A DNA stretch of 64,000 nucleotides from Lama guanicoe (taxonomy: Eukaryota), in the NCBI GenBank assembly GCA_013239625.1, contig MU053934.1:2238658-2302657 (forward strand), written 5' to 3'. Below the pieces are notes generated by a model that did no database searches, was not told the origin of the DNA, and was given only the letters and a program-made list of their open reading frames with translations. Below are positions 61,261-64,000 of the stretch, piece after piece. Position 1 is the first letter of the stretch. Each line of letters opens with the position of its first letter. A program made the position numbers and the translations under genes.

Positions 61261-64000
61261 TTTTAAGGCCATATTTTAGCACAACAGTGGCGCCAGACAA
61301 GGATCTCCTCGGTCTCCTAACTGCCAGGAGGGTAGAGGTTGGTGGCGCCCCTGACACACGTCCCAGAGATGCCTGGAGGTGCGGCTGTCACCGCCCCCTC
61401 TCCACCCACCCCCACCCCTCGCCCTCCTGGTTTGGGGTCTGCTGACCGTGAGGCTGCTGCTGCTCTCTGGGAACAGCTCGTTTGCAGCATCGTAGTACTA
61501 AGCAGAGGACCTTTCAGCTTAAAGTCACTCATCCAGATCAAGTACCCAATGACCCGTTTTAAGATAGAATCTGAAATCTGTTGTTAACTCTGAGAATGCG
61601 TCCAATTCTCTTAAACATTTCACGTACATGAAAATTAAAAATAATACTGAAATAATGGGTTCAATTTTATTTGTCATCTTTATCTTTAGTTCTGAACCTT
61701 CCTGAGGTTGACAACTGTTAACTCACTCAGGGCCCGATTTTCCCACCTCAGGAGAGACCAGTAGGACTGTCCAGTGGGTGACGCTGGCAGCCTGGCAACA
61801 AGGGGCCAAGACCCGTTCCCGTGAGGTCACCAGGCACTGTCAGCGTGGAGGGCCATTTCCCTGGGCTCTGCCGCCCGAGGTGCCTGCTCTGCTAGCCACT
61901 GTGATGACCTCTAATGTCCCCACTGTCACATGCTCAGTTGGAAGCTTCCTACCTACTCCCACTGTCCCTATAAAAAGGGACAACAGGCAGGTGGAGGTGG
62001 GTCCCTGTTCTGGAACACACAGCTCCTAATGTGCAGCATGTCGGAGCCACACACACCTCCCCACGGGATGGAGACATGGGGTGGGGCAGGGGTCAGCGGG
62101 GCAGTGGCCCTGTGCCTCTTCCTGCTGACCCTTCCAGTCCCCACCAGGTGACACTGGTGGCATCTGCCAGACACCTTCCTGATCAGTTTTCAGATGACTT
62201 TCCCACTGAGTTGGCATTGTCTTCACAGTGGCTGAAATTGCTGTGGACCAAAGATTTTAGCCAAGACCCTGATTCTGGAGCTGTCGCCATCCTGGGTGAT
62301 TTGTCTCGTGATGTTGGGGGTCAGGTTGAGCCCGATTGTATAGTCACTAGATCTTTGGGGTCTCCAAAGGGGGTGGTCTCAGCTCATGTCCCTGGAGTCA
62401 AGAGGTACTTAATCCTTACCTCAATTTGAGTCTAGCCCCCATTCAGTTGCTCCACCAGGAGACTGTTTATCGAGTCCATGGATGCCCGGCATACAATCTG
62501 CATGCTTATCCGAAGCCTTTTATGATAATTGAGCCACAGCTCATAAGGATATTTGAGTTTGCATCTCACAGTGGTTTTGTTTGGCTGTGAAGCTAAAGTC
62601 ACGTAGTGAGAGGGAGAAGAATCAGGAAGAAGGGAGTTTATAGGGAAAAAAAAGTGACAAAAAAGAATTTTAAACAAGGATGGGTGTTTGCAAATGTCAA
62701 ATGTCAAGCTTGACTCCTTCCCTGACTCACTGGCAGAAGCCCTGCCTCTCCCCTCCCCTCGGCTTCCTCGTCAGCAAAATCAGGTCGTAATCCTGGTCTA
62801 TGTTCCGGGGCGATTGTAAAACCAGGCTGTAGTGTGTGGTCCTCGTGGACTCATACCCAGCACTCTTCTGTCCCTCCCTCAAGTGCTGGGGGAGGTGGCC
62901 ACGAGGCCCCAGGGACATTTCCTTGGATAAAGCTGCCCTAATTAAAGGTCAGGCTGACCTCTGTGGTGAGTCCAGGCTGACTTCAGCCCCTTCTCCATGG
63001 GCCAGAGTGGCCAAGTCTGACAGCAGTGCAGCTACATGACTTACAGGTTGTGGGACCTTGTTTTCTCAGTTTCTTTATCTGTAAAATGGAGCCAACAGGT
63101 CCTAGAGCTGATGTGAAAGTTACAGAGGAAATGGGTGGACAGTGCCAGCACAGCGCCTGGCACCTGCTCCGTCCTCTCCATCCATGGTAGCTCTTTGCTC
63201 AGGAACCAAACAGGAAACCGTTCTGGCTTTCTGTTTTAGACTTTTCTGAGTTGCCAGCACACTGGTCTTCCAATAAAGGTCCTACATTTGGAGAGAAAAA
63301 GGTCTGTTGTCCAGTGGAAACAAGCTGGGGAAGAAAAGAGCAGCGTGCTCTCAGCCCTTCCCCCAAATGTCTGCAGACATCCAAATGGCAGTGACCACCA
63401 AGGATGGGCCTCCTCGGGCGGATCATTGGGACCCAATGGTACTAGTGCTGTCTGTACCAGCAGGGCCAGGTCTAGAGGTACCTGATTAAGAGGTGGGGGG
63501 CATGCACACAGTGGCTAAGGTGGACTTAGGCCCCTCTCCCAGGTACCATGGGAGCAAAGCGGGGGACCATGGACTCTGCAGGAGAGGGTCCTGGAGGGCT
63601 TCTCAGAGGAAGAGATGCCAGATTTGGGCTTTGGAGGATGAGACTGACTTTTCCAGGTGGTTAGGAGCAGGACCTGAGTGAGCAAATACCTAGAAACCAC
63701 TTGGGCATGAAATTCATCACCAGCAATATGACAGGTACTCAGTGATAATCTGGTATGTTCAGGACTGTGCCAAGTGGTGGTGGCACAAAGGTGCATAAAT
63801 AGGTGGGCTGGGGAGTGTTGGGGGTGGAGAGGGCTGGGAGGAAGCTCATGGGGTGGGAGAGTGATTTCCCCAGGGCCTCCCAGTCTGTTGGTGGCAGGTG
63901 GTCATTTATAGAGCCTGAGGCAGGATGATCTGAGCCGAGAAGGACCTGGAAAGTAAGATCTGGGGTTGTTTCTCTAAGGGTGGAAATAGCCAGATATGTA

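Larger units (their letters stand above)
58660..63980. repeat. Right arm of a large inverted duplication (left arm about 44520-48900)
   Basis: Reverse-complement matches: 48070-48900/58660-59420, 47345-47770/59760-60165, 45700-47340/61150-62760, 44520-45650/62820-63980. Confidence 0.88.

Overview
Mammalian genomic DNA, probably a camelid (inferred from tRNA-Ala-derived Vic-1-like SINEs), from the APOL-MYH9 neighbourhood. The window holds two apparently intact minus-strand apolipoprotein L paralogues: APOL-A (CDS 9502-2905, 336 aa) and APOL-B (CDS 36799-29863, 362 aa). Each has a non-coding first exon carrying an ISRE. A decayed, unprocessed partial MYH9 copy (4 exons, + strand, 51471-55430) sits between two inverted arms of APOL upstream sequence, and those arms contain a roughly 325-bp perfectly identical tract. 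Other elements are an HSPE1 retrocopy, a two-LTR internally deleted class I ERV (21519-27981), the 5' part of a related ERV at the left edge, several solo LTRs with target-site duplications (TSDs), L1s, SINEs and a 261-N gap. I found no prokaryote-type system and no convincing new gene family. The novelty is in lineage-specific APOL diversification and cluster architecture. All alignments and identity estimates were made by eye.
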